Part shown: positions 61,288 to 64,000 of the stretch, piece after piece
Position numbering within the stretch: position 1 is the first letter of the stretch
Layout of the letters: each line of letters opens with the position of its first letter
Assembly: GCA_044344255.1 (NCBI GenBank)
Contig: JBIJDH010000002.1
Location: 192,001-256,000, forward strand
Source of the DNA: Myxococcota bacterium
GTDB taxonomy: Bacteria; Myxococcota_A; UBA796; UBA2385
DNA: 64,000 nt
Direction of reading: 5' to 3'
Position numbers and translations under genes: made by a program
Notes under the pieces: model-generated
Seen by the model: only the letters and a program-made list of their open reading frames with translations
The model's database searches: none
What the model was told of the DNA's origin: nothing

Positions 61288-62919
61288 CTACAGCACGAAG
61301 GGGTAGGTGATCGTCACGTCGTCGCCTTCGAAGGGCGGCATCTGGAGGGCCCGAAAGGCCCCGCTCAAGCAGGAGTCCAGGTCTGTGCCCTTGTATTCGG
61401 GGGTGATCACCCGAGCGCTCGAGACCGTCCCCTCGCTGCGTACGGTGAACTTGACGTCAACCGACGATGGGAGCGACCCGGTGCGCTTCTTTTCATCGAA
61501 GAAGCAGCGGCGCACTGCCTTGTTGTTGCTGACGATCGTCTCGACGACCGAGCTCGGGATGCGGGTGGCCTTGCCCGCGCTCTTGGTGGCCGGCGGGGGC
61601 GACGCGGGCTCGGAGCGGGTGGCGGTCGTGGTGGTGGCTCGGGTGGCGGTGGACTTGGGGGGCGCCGCGCTCTCGGGCTCGGTCTCGGCCACGACGTCGC
61701 GCCCGCTGCCCCGCACAGGGGCGGCGGCGGCGGTGGTGGTGGTGCGAGAGGAGCTCGTGGTCGGCGGCGGCGCGGCTGCGCGGGTCTCGGAGGCCTTGGC
61801 CGGGGCCGCGGTGGCGACGACCGGCGGCGCGGCGGCGGGCTCGGCGGTGGGCGCAGGCGGCGGGGGGGGCGGCGGCGCGGCGGGCTGGGCCTCTACCTCT
61901 TCTGGATCGAAGTCCTCGAGCAGATCCTCGATGGAGGGCTCCTTGCCCGAGGAGATATAGTCGGCGCCGGCGGACGCGGTGGGGGCCGCCGCGAGCCCGG
62001 GGGCGGCGCAGCGGTCCGGCCCGAAGCCGTGGACGAAGTGCATGCCCGCCGAGCCGAGCAGGGCGAGCGCGCCGGAGAAGACCACGGAGGCCGCCACGGC
62101 CGCCTTCCGGCGCCCGCGCCCGCCCGTGATGAGCACGAAGGCGCCGAGGAGCGTACCGCTCAAGGCGCAGAAGAGCCCGACAAAGCGGAGATAGTCGTTG
62201 CAGGTGGAGTCGAGGGCCAGCACCAGGGCGCCGAGCGCGGCGACGAAGCTCCCGAGCAGCACCCAGGTCAGGTCGCCGCCGGGATCGTGGGCCGGGCGCT
62301 GTGGCCGCGGCGCCGCGCTCTCGACGGGTGCGGCCGGGGCGGGTGCAGCCGCGGCGATCGGGGAGGGGGGCCGAGTGCGGCTTGGTGAGGGCGCCGCTGC
62401 GAGGGCCGGGGCGGGGGCCGGGGCGAGCGTGACGGGCGGCGGGGCCACCGGAGCCGGCGCGACCTGCGGAGGCGGAGCGGCGGGCGGTGTGAAGGGCACC
62501 GCGGCCGGGCGGCCGGTGGAGAGCACCGAGGGGAAGGCCGAGAGCGCAGGCGCCTCCGGCGGGGGGGGCGCCTGGATCTGGGTCGGCATCTCGTCGCCCC
62601 AGGGGTTGTGCTCCTCTTGGGGCGGCGCGGGCGCGAGCGGCGGGGGGGCCCAAGACAGGGCGGGGCTGTGCGCAGGGGGTTGCTGACCGCTGGGCCCGAG
62701 GGCGAGGGCGGCCTGGCGCTCCAGCTCGGCCGTCGTCGTGATCAGCGTCGCCTCTTCTCGCGGGGCGGCGCCGCCCAGCGAGCCGCTGGCGCCCGGGGCC
62801 TGGCGCCGGATCGCCATGCGGTGACCGCACTTGCGGCAAGTCGCCTTGTTTACGTCCTTGTTGAGCTTCTGCTCAGGGATCTTGTAGGTGGCACCGCAGC
62901 TCTCGCAAACGACTCTCAT
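61288..62919 (-). CDS. Zinc-ribbon / Pro-rich / TM / AgmX-PglI C-terminal domain protein (GltJ/AgmX-like architecture)
   Basis: CESC..CRKC N-terminus; three hydrophobic segments; VRRCF..VKFTV..G.VSSARV..LDSCL..P..TITYPFVL. Confidence 0.82.
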   Translation of the reverse strand: MRVVCESCGATYKIPEQKLNKDVNKATCRKCGHRMAIRRQAPGASGSLGGAAPREEATLITTTAELERQAALALGPSGQQPPAHSPALSWAPPPLAPAPPQEEHNPWGDEMPTQIQAPPPPEAPALSAFPSVLSTGRPAAVPFTPPAAPPPQVAPAPVAPPPVTLAPAPAPALAAAPSPSRTRPPSPIAAAAPAPAAPVESAAPRPQRPAHDPGGDLTWVLLGSFVAALGALVLALDSTCNDYLRFVGLFCALSGTLLGAFVLITGGRGRRKAAVAASVVFSGALALLGSAGMHFVHGFGPDRCAAPGLAAAPTASAGADYISSGKEPSIEDLLEDFDPEEVEAQPAAPPPPPPPAPTAEPAAAPPVVATAAPAKASETRAAAPPPTTSSSRTTTTAAAAPVRGSGRDVVAETEPESAAPPKSTATRATTTTATRSEPASPPPATKSAGKATRIPSSVVETIVSNNKAVRRCFFDEKKRTGSLPSSVDVKFTVRSEGTVSSARVITPEYKGTDLDSCLSGAFRALQMPPFEGDDVTITYPFVL

Positions 62920-63053
62920 GCCGGATCCCCTGGGACGACCTGTCGGCTCTCGTACTTCCGACGGTGCGTGATGTCAAACCACGCCACCGTCGGCCGCTTC
63001 CGGCCCGCGAGGCCCGTCGCCGAGGGCGGGCGCGGCGCGGGCCGGGGGAGAGT

Positions 63054-64000
63054 CTACCGCTGGGCGGCCGCGCAGTCGCCCGTCGGCCCCCCGTGGAGGT
63101 CGAAGATCACGACTCCTTCCCCGCGGGCGAGCGGCGCCCCGAGGCAGGCCTCGAGGGCGGCCCAGGCGGCGGCGGGGAGCGGCTGGTAGTCGGGGAGGAG
63201 GGCGAGGTAGCCGAAGCCGTCGCGCTCGAGGGCGGCGCGGTCGGCGGCCGGCAGCGCGCCGGTGCGCATCAGCGCCTGGACCCGGACCTGCCCCGCGCGT
63301 GCGGCGCTGGCGGGCGGGAAGCCCATCATGGTGGCCGCGATGGGGTGGCCGTGGAGGGTCTGGGCGAGGACCTCGCGGTCGCGCCAGGCCCCGGGCGGCG
63401 GGGTGGCGCTGGTGCTGAGCGGCAGGACGAGGACCGCGTCGGGCCGGGTCATCTCGGCGTAGGCGGCCGCCTCGGGGAGCGGGCTGTGGTGGAGCGGCCA
63501 GGCGAGGGGCGCCAACGCGAGGCAGTCGATCAGCAGGGCCCCGCCGATGAGCAGCCGCCCTCGCCCGCCCCAGCGCCCGGCCGCGGCGAGGGGGATGAGC
63601 AGCAGCCGCGCGACCGCCGCCGCCCGGTACCAGCGCGTGATCCGGTAGAGGACGGGGAGGGCCGGCGCGAGGAGCGAGACCGGACCCACCCAGGTGAGCT
63701 CGCCGGAGCGCAGCGCGCGTCCGCCGAAGTAGAGCACCGGCCCGAAGGAGAGCAGGGTGAAGGCCGCCGCGCCGACCAGGTAGGGCCAGAGGCCCGGCCG
63801 CCGCCAGAGCCCGAGGCCGGCCAGGATCAGCGTGAAGACGCCGAGGTAGACGGTGTGGGAGATCTCCGCCTCCCCGCCGGTGAGCACGCCCGGCAGCCAC
63901 GGATCGAGCAGGTCGGCGCCGGTCTGGACCCCGCCCCGGAAGATCGCGGGATCCTCGATCACCCGCCAGGCGTCCCGACCCCCAGCGCCCGGGAGATGTC
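63054..64000 (-). CDS. Polytopic membrane protein, GT-C/YfhO-like (partial, starts beyond window)
   Basis: VYLG; LLSFGP; RWYR; AVLVLP..QTLHGHPI. Confidence 0.65.
   Translation of the reverse strand, partial: HLPGAGGRDAWRVIEDPAIFRGGVQTGADLLDPWLPGVLTGGEAEISHTVYLGVFTLILAGLGLWRRPGLWPYLVGAAAFTLLSFGPVLYFGGRALRSGELTWVGPVSLLAPALPVLYRITRWYRAAAVARLLLIPLAAAGRWGGRGRLLIGGALLIDCLALAPLAWPLHHSPLPEAAAYAEMTRPDAVLVLPLSTSATPPPGAWRDREVLAQTLHGHPIAATMMGFPPASAARAGQVRVQALMRTGALPAADRAALERDGFGYLALLPDYQPLPAAAWAALEACLGAPLARGEGVVIFDLHGGPTGDCAAAQR

Overview
High-GC (roughly 70% by eye) bacterial chromosomal window, most likely from Myxococcota. Support: AgmX/PglI-type C-terminal domains, a MYXO-CTERM-like protein, eukaryote-like Ser/Thr kinases, DUF507 and many lipoproteins. 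About 55 genes. Housekeeping: clpX, lon, a DnaJ/CbpA-like chaperone, a livKHMGF ABC transporter, aroC, typA, a cysQ-like phosphatase and tRNA-Arg(CCT). Also present: a ComEA/DUF3006/MBL-nuclease cluster, glycosyltransferases and many orphan surface lipoproteins. Best lead: a small gene at 16793-17152 that the ORF track cuts at TGA 16985-16987. The frame continues for 54 codons with coding-like GC3. A CACCGC-GGTC-GCGGTG hairpin starts 11 nt after the UGA, matching E. coli fdhF SECIS geometry, so this is a candidate selenoprotein of a family I do not recognise. It sits next to a truncated RAYT transposase with a REP-like end. Several apparent pseudo-enzymes also occur: two degenerate class III cyclase domains, a GEDDF diguanylate-cyclase domain and a Ser-less alpha/beta hydrolase. 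All calls are from motif reading by eye; no searches were run.
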